This document shows, piece after piece, positions 1 through 8,006 of a stretch of DNA of 33,440 nucleotides (position 1 is its first letter; each line of letters starts with the position of its first letter). Origin of the DNA: Tidjanibacter sp. (GTDB taxonomy: Bacteria; Bacteroidota; Bacteroidia; Bacteroidales; Rikenellaceae); the NCBI GenBank assembly GCA_017630115.1, contig JAGBVY010000104.1, forward strand, positions 1 through 33,440, read 5' to 3'. Both the position numbers and the translations under genes were made by a program. The notes under the pieces were generated by a model that ran no database searches, had not been told where the DNA came from, and saw nothing but the letters and a program-made list of their open reading frames with translations.

Positions 1-30
1 CCCTAATCTCCCTAAATTCCCTAACCTCCC
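1..30. repeat. 9-bp tandem repeat (CCCTAAnnn)x3+CCC, possibly truncated by the window edge
   Basis: ccctaatct ccctaaatt ccctaacct ccc; same unit type as 6883-6918 and 20088-20112. Confidence 0.8.
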
Positions 31-56
31 CTTCAATCCTCAACTCGGGCGGGGCG

Positions 57-112
57 CACAAAAAACCACCTCCGCAGATTACCGAGCGTAACAGCGGAGG
101 TGGCTTTTTGTG
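57..112 (-). terminator. Intrinsic terminator downstream of frr
   Basis: Stem cacaaaaaaccacctccgc / gcggaggtggctttttgtg; T-tract follows the stem on the minus strand, about 40 bp after the frr stop. Confidence 0.7.
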
Positions 113-154
113 GGGTGTGGCGACCCGATAGTCGCACCAGAGGCTTGGGGGAGA

Positions 155-718
155 TTATACGGTCATAATCTCTTTCTCCTTAGCGGCGATAAGGTCTTCG
201 AGCTTCTTGGTGTAGCGGTCGATGAGTTTCTGAGCGTCGCTCTCGCCATCCTTAGCCACATCCTCGGGCATACCATCTTTCTGAGCCTTCTTGAAGGCCT
301 CCACAGCGTCGCGGCGTGCGTTACGCAAGCTCACCTTGGCAGTCTCGGCGTAGCCGCGCACCTGCTTAACAAGCTCCTTACGGCGCTCCTCGGTGAGGGC
401 GGGGATGGTAAGGCGGATGTGCTCGCCATTGTTGGAGGGGGTAAGACCAATGTTGCTCACCAAAATAGCCTTCTCAATAGGGCCAATCATATTTTTCTCC
501 CAAGGCTGGATGAGGATGGTCTTAGCGTCGGGTACATTGACACTTGCAACCTGCTCAATGGGGGTGGCTGTGCCGTAGTACTCAACCATAATACCCCTCA
601 GAACGTGCTGGCTTGCTTTGCCGGCGCGAACACTCAAAAGGGCCTCTTCGAGGTGGTGGATGGCTTTGGTCATCTTCTCCTCGGCCATTTCCAGAATCAA
701 TACGCTGTCTTCGTTCAT
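155..718 (-). CDS. frr: Ribosome recycling factor
   Basis: 187 aa; [48 protein letters not shown]; downstream of pyrH. Confidence 0.97.
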   Translation of the reverse strand: MNEDSVLILEMAEEKMTKAIHHLEEALLSVRAGKASQHVLRGIMVEYYGTATPIEQVASVNVPDAKTILIQPWEKNMIGPIEKAILVSNIGLTPSNNGEHIRLTIPALTEERRKELVKQVRGYAETAKVSLRNARRDAVEAFKKAQKDGMPEDVAKDGESDAQKLIDRYTKKLEDLIAAKEKEIMTV

Positions 719-741
719 AGTTTTCTCTTAGTTTTATTTTG

Positions 742-1251
742 TTAGTTTAACATCTTTTCTGCCTTGTCGATAATCTCTCCGAGGGCCGTCTTGGAGTAGG
801 CGCTGCTGTGGTGGACAACAACACCATCGGGCCCAACGAGTATGTTGCGCGGTATCTCCTGCTCGGCAAAGAGCTCGTAGGTGCTACGCTCGGGGTCCAC
901 CGCCGAGAGGTAGTCGTAGCCCTTCTTGCGGAGCCACGCCACTACGGTAGCGCTATTCTCTTCCCTTGCGATGGGCAGGAAGACAAACCCGCTATGCTCT
1001 CTTAGGGCTGCAAACTCCTCGTTGGAGGCCAATCGCTTAAATTCCTTGCGACACGAAGGACACCAACTGGCCCACAGGCATATCCACACCACCTTGCCCT
1101 CTAAACTCTCCGAGCTAAGGCGCTCACCGCCTGTCATCTCCACCTCGAAGGCGGGCATCCTATCACCCTCCCGAACCCTTGCATAAGGGTCTTGTGCCGC
1201 CGCTGTGAGCGACACCACAAGGGCAGATATGAGCGTGAGCCAAAGGCGCAT
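742..1251 (-). CDS. Exported TlpA/ResA-like thioredoxin-fold disulfide oxidoreductase
   Basis: Signal peptide (TAAA-Q), LWASWCPSC CxxC motif, IPRNILVGPDG cis-Pro loop. Confidence 0.88.
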   Translation of the reverse strand: MRLWLTLISALVVSLTAAAQDPYARVREGDRMPAFEVEMTGGERLSSESLEGKVVWICLWASWCPSCRKEFKRLASNEEFAALREHSGFVFLPIAREENSATVVAWLRKKGYDYLSAVDPERSTYELFAEQEIPRNILVGPDGVVVHHSSAYSKTALGEIIDKAEKMLN

Positions 1252-1271
1252 AGGGCGGGGCGGAGGCGGGA

Positions 1272-1979
1272 TTAGTTGTGTACGAGCGTGCCGTTCTGCT
1301 CGCCGTCGAGTACCTTTTGGAGGTTGCCCTCGGTGTCCATATCAAAGACGATGATGGGCAGGCGGTTCTCCTTGCAGAGCGTGAAGGCCGTCAGGTCCAT
1401 AATTTTCAGTCCTCGACCATACACCTCGTCGAAGGTGATCTCGTCGAACTTGGTTGCAGTGGGGTCCTTCTCGGGGTCGGCCGTATAGACGCCATCCACG
1501 CGAGTGCCTTTGAGCAATACCTCGGCCTCAATCTCAATACCACGCAGAGCTGAGGCGCTGTCGGTCGAGAAGTAGGGGTTGGAGGTGCCACCACCAATGA
1601 TAACCACATAGCCTGCTTCGAGATACTCCACAGCCTTGGCCTTCGAGAAGTACTCGCCAATAGGCTCCATACGGATGGAGGTGAGTACTTTTGTCTTGAC
1701 GCCCAGACTTTCGAGGTGGCTGTGCAGGGCCAGCGAGTTGATGATTGTGGCGAGCATACCCATCTGGTCGCCCTTTACGCGGTCGAAACCACGACCCACA
1801 CCTTGCACTCCGCGGAAGATGTTGCCACCGCCAATGACTATACCAATCTGAACACCGCTCTCTACGGCCTTCTTGATTTGCTGTGCGTAGCTGTCGAGCA
1901 CTTCGGTTGCGAGTCCACGACCACTCTCTCCTGCCAGCGATTCGCCGCTGAGTTTGAGGAGTATTCTTTTGTATTTCAT
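1272..1979 (-). CDS. pyrH: UMP kinase
   Basis: KRILLKLSGESL, GGGNIFRG, GDQMGMLAT, NPYFSTDSA, DGVYTADP. Confidence 0.98.
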   Translation of the reverse strand: MKYKRILLKLSGESLAGESGRGLATEVLDSYAQQIKKAVESGVQIGIVIGGGNIFRGVQGVGRGFDRVKGDQMGMLATIINSLALHSHLESLGVKTKVLTSIRMEPIGEYFSKAKAVEYLEAGYVVIIGGGTSNPYFSTDSASALRGIEIEAEVLLKGTRVDGVYTADPEKDPTATKFDEITFDEVYGRGLKIMDLTAFTLCKENRLPIIVFDMDTEGNLQKVLDGEQNGTLVHN

Positions 1980-2097
1980 AACTTTTGGGTTTGTTGTTGT
2001 CTTGTCGAAAAGTAGTGGGGCACTCTACATACCCCTTTATCGGTTACGAATATACAACTTTTTTTGCATTTTTGCCCTATCTTCCGTATTTTCTTGG

Positions 2098-2105
2098 TAT
2101 ATTTG
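2098..2105 (+). promoter_or_regulatory. Bacteroidota sigma-A -7 element for dxs
   Basis: TATATTTG matches TAnnTTTG, about 20 bp before the likely TTG start at 2127. Confidence 0.55.
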
Positions 2106-2126
2106 CACTTTAAGCATAAGGAAGAT

Positions 2127-4004
2127 TTGGAAAATAAAGAATATAAATATCTCGAAAAGGTCAATTCCCCAAGCGACCTTAAAACGCTCGAAGTGTCGCA
2201 GCTGGCAGACTATTGTGCCGAGCTGAGGGACTATATAGTGCGCTCGTGTGCCGTCAATCCGGGCCACCTCTCGTCGAGTCTTGGCGCGGTGGAGATTGCT
2301 GTTGCCATACACTATGTCTTCGATTTTCCCGACGATGCCGTTGTCTGGGATGTCGGCCACCAAGCCTACGCCCATAAGATTATCACCGGTCGCCGCGAGG
2401 AGTTCCTCTCTCAGCGCAAGTCGGGCAGCATTGCCGGCTTCCCTCGTATGGAGGAGGGAGATTCGTTTGGTGCGGGCCATTCGTCGGTGTCGATTTCGGC
2501 CGCCTATGGTTTGGCCGAGGCCGCCAAGATGTCGGGTAGGCAGAGGGGTGTTGTGGCGGTCATTGGCGACGGCGCAATGACGGGCGGTTTGGCCTTTGAG
2601 GGACTCAACAATGCCGGTGCGTCTAATACCAATCTGATAGTTGTGCTCAACGACAACCGCCAGAGTATCGACACCAACGTGGGAGCACTGCGCAAGCACC
2701 TGCTGCGCATAACCTCCTCGCGCAAATACAATAGGCTCAAACGTCGTGTTTGGGGTGGGCTCCACTTTGTGCCTCGCCTGAGGGCCTTGTTGCAACACGC
2801 TGCCCACACCGTCAAGCGTGGCTTGTTGCGTCAGAGCAACCTCTTTGAGAGTCTTAACTTTCGCTACTTCGGCCCTACCAATGGCCACGATGTGGTGGGC
2901 TTGGTGCGTACCTTGCGTTCGCTCCAATCAATCGAAGGACCTAAGCTACTGCACGTTATGACCCTCAAAGGCAAGGGTTATGCCCCTGCCGAGAAGGGCG
3001 ACCCTGCGGTGTGGCATTCGCCCGGTAGGTTTGATGTTGCCACAGGCGAGCGTGAGCCTTCAAAGGGTGGTGTGGCCAAATATCAATATGTCTTTGGCAG
3101 GGCTCTCTTGGAGCTTGCCGAGGCCGACGAGAGAGTTGTGGGTGTAACGGCTGCAATGGCCACAGGCACGTCGATGAACATCTTGCAGGGGGCTATGCCC
3201 GAGCGAGTCTTCGATGTGGGTATTGCTGAGGGCCACGCTGTGACCTTCTCGGCGGGATTGGCTGCGGGAGGCCGAGTGCCCTTCTGCGCTATATATTCCT
3301 CGTTTATGCAACGAGCCTACGACAACCTCATCCACGATGTGGCTCTCCAAAATCTCCACGTTGTCTTCTGCCTCGATAGGGCAGGTTTGGTGGGCGAGGA
3401 TGGTGCTACCCACCACGGAGAGTTCGATGTGGCCTACCTTAGACCCATACCCAACCTGACTATTGCCGCTCCTCGCAACGAGCAGGAGCTCAGAGATATG
3501 ATGTTCACCGCCAGTCGTGGCAGTGGGCCTTTTGTTATCCGCTATCCTCGTGGTGGTGCTGCGGGCGTGGCTGAGGGGCCAATGAAGGAACTTTCGGTGG
3601 GCAAGGCCGAGCTGCTGCGCGAGGGCGAGGATGTGGCCCTGCTGACCCTCGGACATACGGCTCTGGCCGGCTCTGCGGCTGCCGAGATGGCTGCCGAGCA
3701 GGGTGTGTCGGTCTGTCATATAGATTTGCGCTGGGCCAAACCGCTCGATGAGGATATGCTCCGAATGGTGGCCAAGAAGTTCGACCGCATTGTGACCGTT
3801 GAGGATGGTGTGCTTAATGGCGGTGTTGGTAGCGCAGTTGTGGAGTGGATGAGCGATAACGGCTTTGCACCCCACATTGTGCGCCTCGGCATTGGCGACG
3901 AGTTTGTGTCGCACGGCACTGTGGGCCAACTCAAACGCCACTGCGGCTACGACGCCGAGGGCATCCTGAACGCCATAGTCAAACTGACAACTGATAATCA
4001 ATAA
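2127..4004 (+). CDS. dxs: 1-deoxy-D-xylulose-5-phosphate synthase (start probably TTG 2127 rather than 2064)
   Basis: GHLSSSLG, WDVGHQAYAHKI, GDGAMTGG..FEGLNNAG, DVGIAEGHAV, DRAGLVGEDGATH, IRYPRG. Confidence 0.97.
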   Translation: MENKEYKYLEKVNSPSDLKTLEVSQLADYCAELRDYIVRSCAVNPGHLSSSLGAVEIAVAIHYVFDFPDDAVVWDVGHQAYAHKIITGRREEFLSQRKSGSIAGFPRMEEGDSFGAGHSSVSISAAYGLAEAAKMSGRQRGVVAVIGDGAMTGGLAFEGLNNAGASNTNLIVVLNDNRQSIDTNVGALRKHLLRITSSRKYNRLKRRVWGGLHFVPRLRALLQHAAHTVKRGLLRQSNLFESLNFRYFGPTNGHDVVGLVRTLRSLQSIEGPKLLHVMTLKGKGYAPAEKGDPAVWHSPGRFDVATGEREPSKGGVAKYQYVFGRALLELAEADERVVGVTAAMATGTSMNILQGAMPERVFDVGIAEGHAVTFSAGLAAGGRVPFCAIYSSFMQRAYDNLIHDVALQNLHVVFCLDRAGLVGEDGATHHGEFDVAYLRPIPNLTIAAPRNEQELRDMMFTASRGSGPFVIRYPRGGAAGVAEGPMKELSVGKAELLREGEDVALLTLGHTALAGSAAAEMAAEQGVSVCHIDLRWAKPLDEDMLRMVAKKFDRIVTVEDGVLNGGVGSAVVEWMSDNGFAPHIVRLGIGDEFVSHGTVGQLKRHCGYDAEGILNAIVKLTTDNQ

Positions 4005-4010
4005 TTCAAA

Positions 4011-5456
4011 ATGAAACGTTTGTTTGTGTTGTTTCTCGCCATAGGGGTTTCCGTTGGTGCGCTCTTTGCCCAGAAAGGCTCTCTTGTGGCGGGTAGTGGC
4101 GAGAGGAAAATTGTGACCACCGGTATGGGTGTCACCCCCGAAGCGGCGGTTAAGGATGCCTTGCGCTCGGCTGTGGAGATGGTTGTGGGTGCGGTGGTAA
4201 ACTCCGAGACCCGCATTGCCAACGACGAGATTATCAGCGACGAGATTCTGACCCTCTCGCACGGCTTTGTGCGTAAGTATGAGAAGGTTGCCGAGTCGGC
4301 CAACGGAGCCGACGGCTACACAGTAACTGTGGCTGCCATTGTTACCGAAAAACATATTGCCGACAAATTGCAGGCTAAGGGAGTAACGGTGAACTACAAC
4401 ACCAGTGCTCTGTTTGCCCAGTATAAGGAGTGGGATCGCTTGGCCGAGGCAGAGAAAACTATGGCCGAGAAACTCTTTGGTTTGGAGGCAATCAAGCAAA
4501 AGAGGTGCAACGTCTATGACTACCAGATGACTGTGGATGAGCCCATTAGGGAGAATGGCAAATATAAAATCAAGGTCTTCCGAACAGCGACCAAAAACGC
4601 CAACTGGGAGGTTGAGTACCAAAATATGCTCGCCACGCTCGACGAGATTTGCTACGAGAAGACGGTGCTCGATTATGTTCCACGCAATAAACACCCCTAT
4701 ATGGAGTCGGTGGGTAATGGTGCTTACGGCTCGGGCCTCTATATGCAGACCTGCATTTCGGGCTACGACAAGCAGGGAGAGCCTATCTACTCCCAAAGGG
4801 AGGTGGTGTTGGAGCGTGTCAGATGCGAGTCCCCCTTTACGGCCATAAGCCAAAATTATAGGCGCGACAATGGCTTCCTCAGGTATCAGGATAGCCGAAG
4901 GATGAAAGACCAAAGTGCCGACTTTCAGGCTCGCTACAAGCAGATGGACTACAAGCTCACCCCACAAGACCGCAGCCGACTGAACAACCCCTACTTGCCC
5001 GATGTGGTTTTCGACATCTTCCAAAAGAGTTTCACCCCCTATGTATATGTTGTCTTTGAGGATGCCGACGGCGACTACGACCACTACGACCGCATAACCA
5101 TCTACAAGTTTACCCACCCCGACACTTCGTGCATAATCCACCTCTATGCCTCGTGGCTGTTTAGCGAGATGCACCACAATGTGCGCTTTGGCTACCCCAA
5201 TGGTGTTGGCTCGCCAATGTGGGCCAATGTGATTTACAACTGCACAGGTGGATTCCAGAGCGGAGCTTTCAACGACTACGGCTCGGGCTACAACCTCCAA
5301 CAAGGTTTCTACTTCAATAAGCCCAACCACAAATGGGTGAGGTTTAGTAAGAGTTGGACTTTCAGCGAGGAGGATTTTAGCAGGCTGCAAGAGATAACCG
5401 TCATCCCCACCAGCGACACCCGCAAGGTGGAGGAGGAGTATAAATACCATTTTTAA
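4011..5456 (+). CDS. Secreted hypothetical protein with an N-terminal LPP20/FlgT-N-like domain and an unrecognised C-terminal region
   Basis: 481 aa; signal peptide (ALFA-Q); TTGMG.TPEAAVKDALRSAVEMVVGAVVNSET..DEIL..S.GFVRKYE..YTVTV pattern; domain call is by eye. Confidence 0.6.
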   Translation: MKRLFVLFLAIGVSVGALFAQKGSLVAGSGERKIVTTGMGVTPEAAVKDALRSAVEMVVGAVVNSETRIANDEIISDEILTLSHGFVRKYEKVAESANGADGYTVTVAAIVTEKHIADKLQAKGVTVNYNTSALFAQYKEWDRLAEAEKTMAEKLFGLEAIKQKRCNVYDYQMTVDEPIRENGKYKIKVFRTATKNANWEVEYQNMLATLDEICYEKTVLDYVPRNKHPYMESVGNGAYGSGLYMQTCISGYDKQGEPIYSQREVVLERVRCESPFTAISQNYRRDNGFLRYQDSRRMKDQSADFQARYKQMDYKLTPQDRSRLNNPYLPDVVFDIFQKSFTPYVYVVFEDADGDYDHYDRITIYKFTHPDTSCIIHLYASWLFSEMHHNVRFGYPNGVGSPMWANVIYNCTGGFQSGAFNDYGSGYNLQQGFYFNKPNHKWVRFSKSWTFSEEDFSRLQEITVIPTSDTRKVEEEYKYHF

Positions 5457-5691
5457 CGTGAGCTAATGCGAATTTAGCGCAATGTAAATTATTGATTCTC
5501 TGCAACCGCTGTTGTGCGCAAATCGCAATACTCACATTAAGGGCTTTTGCAAAGCCCCTTTAATACTTACATTCCTCCCTAAATCCCTCCTTTGGGAAAG
5601 GTGGGACTTGGTCAAAGAGCCTCAGTAAGGCTCTTTGATAAGCGGAAGTTTCGGAATTTCAACTTGTTGAAATTTGCGAAACTCACGTTAA
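5453..5691. mobile_element. Putative MITE-like non-autonomous element (239 bp)
   Basis: Perfect terminal inverted repeat TTAACGTGAG (5453-5462) / CTCACGTTAA (5682-5691) with an imperfect extension; four internal hairpins; no ORF. Confidence 0.55.
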
Positions 5692-5783
5692 TTTTAGGTA
5701 GAAGAGTAGATGACGAGCCAGCGTGCGTTGCGCTCAGAAAAATTCCCCAAAACGATTAAAACCACACACCAAACACCCAAACT

Positions 5784-6737
5784 ATGAATCACGATGTTTT
5801 CATAAGCTATTCGAGCAAACGCTCGGAAGTGGCCAATGAGATATGCGACCTATTGGAGCGTAGTGGCTTGAAGTGTTGGATAGCCCCTCGTGATATTGTG
5901 GGCAACAACTACGACGACCTCATAGACGAGGCTATTGTTGGTTGCAAGTTGTTTGTCTTTGTGTTCTCGCAGGAGTCTTCCGTATCGACGTGGTGCAAGG
6001 CCGAACTAAACCTTGCTTTTTCGGAGAACAAGGCGATTTTGCCCTATCGCATAGACAATACGCCCCTGAGAGGTGGTTTTAGGTTGAAATTGCAAATGAG
6101 TCATTGGCTTGATGCCAGTTTGGACTATCGCTCGGAGTTTCCCAAACTTATCCAGATGGCAACCCAGATAGTTGGTGTCCCCACACCACAGCCAGCTCCC
6201 AAACCTCAGCCAAAGCCTCAGCCCAAGCCACAACCTACGGCTAAGACCTATAAGGTGGGCGACTACTACGACGACGGCACTAAGAGGGGTGTTGTCTTTG
6301 AGGTAACGTCCGACGGAAAGCACGGCAAGATTGTAAGCCTCGAACAAGCCGAAAAGCAATGGGCAATAGGGGCAGTTTGTGGTGATAAGACATACGCAAC
6401 CTCAATGACGGATGGCAAGGCTAATATGCAAAAGATAATGGCAATTAGAGGTTGGAGAGAAAAGTATCCTGCTTTTGCTTGGTGTGCCGATTTGGGCGAG
6501 GGATGGTATCTGCCCATACAAGAAGAGTTAAAGACCATAGGCAAAGCACGAGATCAAATCGACGCAACGCTCTCCGCCAATGGCTGCACGAAACTAAAAC
6601 GTTTTGATGATTATTGGTCTTCCTCTGAGAAAAGCACTCATGACTTTTGCGCGTGGTATGTCCGTATGTACAGTGGCAACACCTACTACGACTATAAGTA
6701 CAACCGCGGCTATGTGCGCGCCGTGTCCGCTTTTTAA
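5784..6737 (+). CDS. TIR-domain protein with a (PKPQ)n linker and a C-terminal DUF1566/Lcl_C-like (CLec-fold) domain; candidate DGR target
   Basis: N-terminus DVFISYSS..CWIAPRDI..STWCKAEL (TIR_2-like, putative catalytic Glu); C-terminus YKVGDYY..GWYLP..EEL..YWSSSE..AWYV..YVRAV; no signal peptide. Confidence 0.88.
   Translation: MNHDVFISYSSKRSEVANEICDLLERSGLKCWIAPRDIVGNNYDDLIDEAIVGCKLFVFVFSQESSVSTWCKAELNLAFSENKAILPYRIDNTPLRGGFRLKLQMSHWLDASLDYRSEFPKLIQMATQIVGVPTPQPAPKPQPKPQPKPQPTAKTYKVGDYYDDGTKRGVVFEVTSDGKHGKIVSLEQAEKQWAIGAVCGDKTYATSMTDGKANMQKIMAIRGWREKYPAFAWCADLGEGWYLPIQEELKTIGKARDQIDATLSANGCTKLKRFDDYWSSSEKSTHDFCAWYVRMYSGNTYYDYKYNRGYVRAVSAF
6186..6236 (+). repeat. Coding 12-bp repeat giving the Pro/Gln/Lys linker (PQPAPKPQPKPQPKPQP)
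   Basis: cccaaacctcag ccaaagcctcag cccaagccacaa, degenerate at third codon positions. Confidence 0.75.
6600..6737 (+). other. Putative DGR variable repeat (VR) with a GC-rich 3' end
   Basis: Dense NNC/NNT codons (TAC TAC GAC TAT AAG TAC AAC CGC GGC TAT) between A-free constant codons; only 1 of the last 45 sense codons ends in A; template repeat not seen. Confidence 0.6.
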
Positions 6738-6769
6738 GATTTAGGCTTGGAGCGCAAGCGAATTTTTAT

Positions 6770-6808
6770 GTCAAAGCCCCGCAACGATTGCGGGGCTTTG
6801 GCGTTTTT
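6770..6808 (+). terminator. Perfect 13-bp hairpin after the TIR gene (terminator and/or DGR target-recognition hairpin)
   Basis: CAAAGCCCCGCAA-CGA-TTGCGGGGCTTTG (6772-6800) followed by GCGTTTTT. Confidence 0.7.
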
Positions 6809-6918
6809 AAGGGTTTTAAGGGCCTTAGGGGCTCTAAGGAGTTTAAGGCCTATAAGGCTTATAGGGCTTATAGGGCTTATACCTAAGCTCCCTAAATTCT
6901 CTAAATTCCCTAAGCTCT
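6808..6918. repeat. Head-to-head 9-bp tandem arrays: (TARGGnnnn)x8 then (CTAAnyTcy)x4
   Basis: taagggttt taagggcct taggggctc taaggagtt taaggccta taaggctta tagggctta tagggctta / ctaagctcc ctaaattct ctaaattcc ctaagctct. Confidence 0.85.
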
Positions 6919-6919
6919 C

Positions 6920-7483
6920 TTATTCCTCAATTTCCAATTCTCCATTCTCACTTTTCAACCCTTCCTCGGTCGGCTCCTCGGCAGGTGGAGTGGGTGGGGT
7001 GGTGAAGGTGGAGGCGGGGATCTCGGTGGTGACAATAAATGCCTTGGGGAAGTGAATCCTCACCTTCGAAAGCAACATTATGGCCTCCTCCTGAGTAAGG
7101 CAGTCGCCACAAGTGACCAAAAAATAGGGATTCTCGTAGCTGAGGTAGTGGCTGATGTTGTAGTGCTCATTGAGCAGTGCAATGGCGGCCTCGGCATCGG
7201 TGCGGGCTGTTTGGTTGTGGCTGGCAAAGATGCGAATGCGGTAGCCCTGATAGCTCTCGCGGGGCGAGGTCTGCTCGTTGAATTTGTCTATGGCCATCTG
7301 GGCGCTGTGGTTGATGACGGTCTTGCACTGAGCGCTATCGGTCTTGGAGGTGTGGGCCTCGAAGAGTTGGGTTAGGTTGCCAAAAAGTTCACGCCCCCTC
7401 TCCACCAAACCGTTCTCCTGAGCTTGGAGCGAGAGGCCACCCCAAAGGAGGGTGCAAATAAGTATGAAAAGGTCTTTTCTCAC
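6920..7483 (-). CDS. Exported SPOR-domain-like protein
   Basis: Signal peptide (LQA-Q); GYRIRIF..AR..AE..YLSYENPYFLVTCGDCLTQEEA..AFIV resembles Bacteroidota SPOR proteins. Confidence 0.7.
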   Translation of the reverse strand: MRKDLFILICTLLWGGLSLQAQENGLVERGRELFGNLTQLFEAHTSKTDSAQCKTVINHSAQMAIDKFNEQTSPRESYQGYRIRIFASHNQTARTDAEAAIALLNEHYNISHYLSYENPYFLVTCGDCLTQEEAIMLLSKVRIHFPKAFIVTTEIPASTFTTPPTPPAEEPTEEGLKSENGELEIEE

Positions 7484-7495
7484 TGTCGTAATCGA

Positions 7496-7987
7496 TTAGA
7501 TATAGTCGGACACATTGCCAAAGATACTAATAAATTTGGAAAGAGGCACATCCCTGCGCTCAAAACGCTTATTGAAGAGCCACACCTTGCCCTCACCGTA
7601 GCCCGAGATGGTCACCTCGTTGGGCGAGGAGGTGAGTGCGCCGAGCGCTCGGAGAGCCATAAGAGGCGAGGAGAAACGGAATCCCACATCGAGGGTTACG
7701 GTGGTGGTCGATTTGCGAGGCAACACAACGGGATTTTTGATATAGACCTCGCCAATAGGCTCACCTTTGGCGTAGGCAGCAAGCTCGCCTCCCACCACGG
7801 TTACTTTGAAGAGCGAGGTATTCTCAATAGTCATCTCCACCTTAGCCCCTTCGCTGAGGTTGAAGCCCACGACCTTGGCTCCGTGGAATTTGAAGCTGTC
7901 GCGCGAGATGAGGTTGCAACCACTCAGAGCGGCCATAGTCACAAAGGCTACCGTGAGCGAAATGAATCGTTTGAGGGTCTGTTTCAT
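7496..7987 (-). CDS. LEA_2/WHy-like lipoprotein
   Basis: Lipobox LSG-C; beta-rich body with VEMTIEN..GEV..PVVLP.KS...V.L. Confidence 0.6.
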   Translation of the reverse strand: MKQTLKRFISLTVAFVTMAALSGCNLISRDSFKFHGAKVVGFNLSEGAKVEMTIENTSLFKVTVVGGELAAYAKGEPIGEVYIKNPVVLPRKSTTTVTLDVGFRFSSPLMALRALGALTSSPNEVTISGYGEGKVWLFNKRFERRDVPLSKFISIFGNVSDYI

Positions 7988-8006
7988 TTGGTGCTATATG
8001 GTTGGT

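Noticed and set aside
3060-5450. 796-aa antisense ORF spanning dxs and ORF 4011
   Set aside because: Lies entirely opposite two plausible genes and has no recognisable motifs; typical codon-bias shadow ORF. The same applies to 110-745, 2037-2927, 12152-13234, 17115-18002, 26928-27836 and 29031-29852.
5728-6757. 8-bp inverted match flanking the TIR gene (TTGCGCTC / GAGCGCAA) as invertible or mobile-element ends
   Set aside because: Too short to exceed chance, flanks do not extend in register, and no recombinase is nearby.
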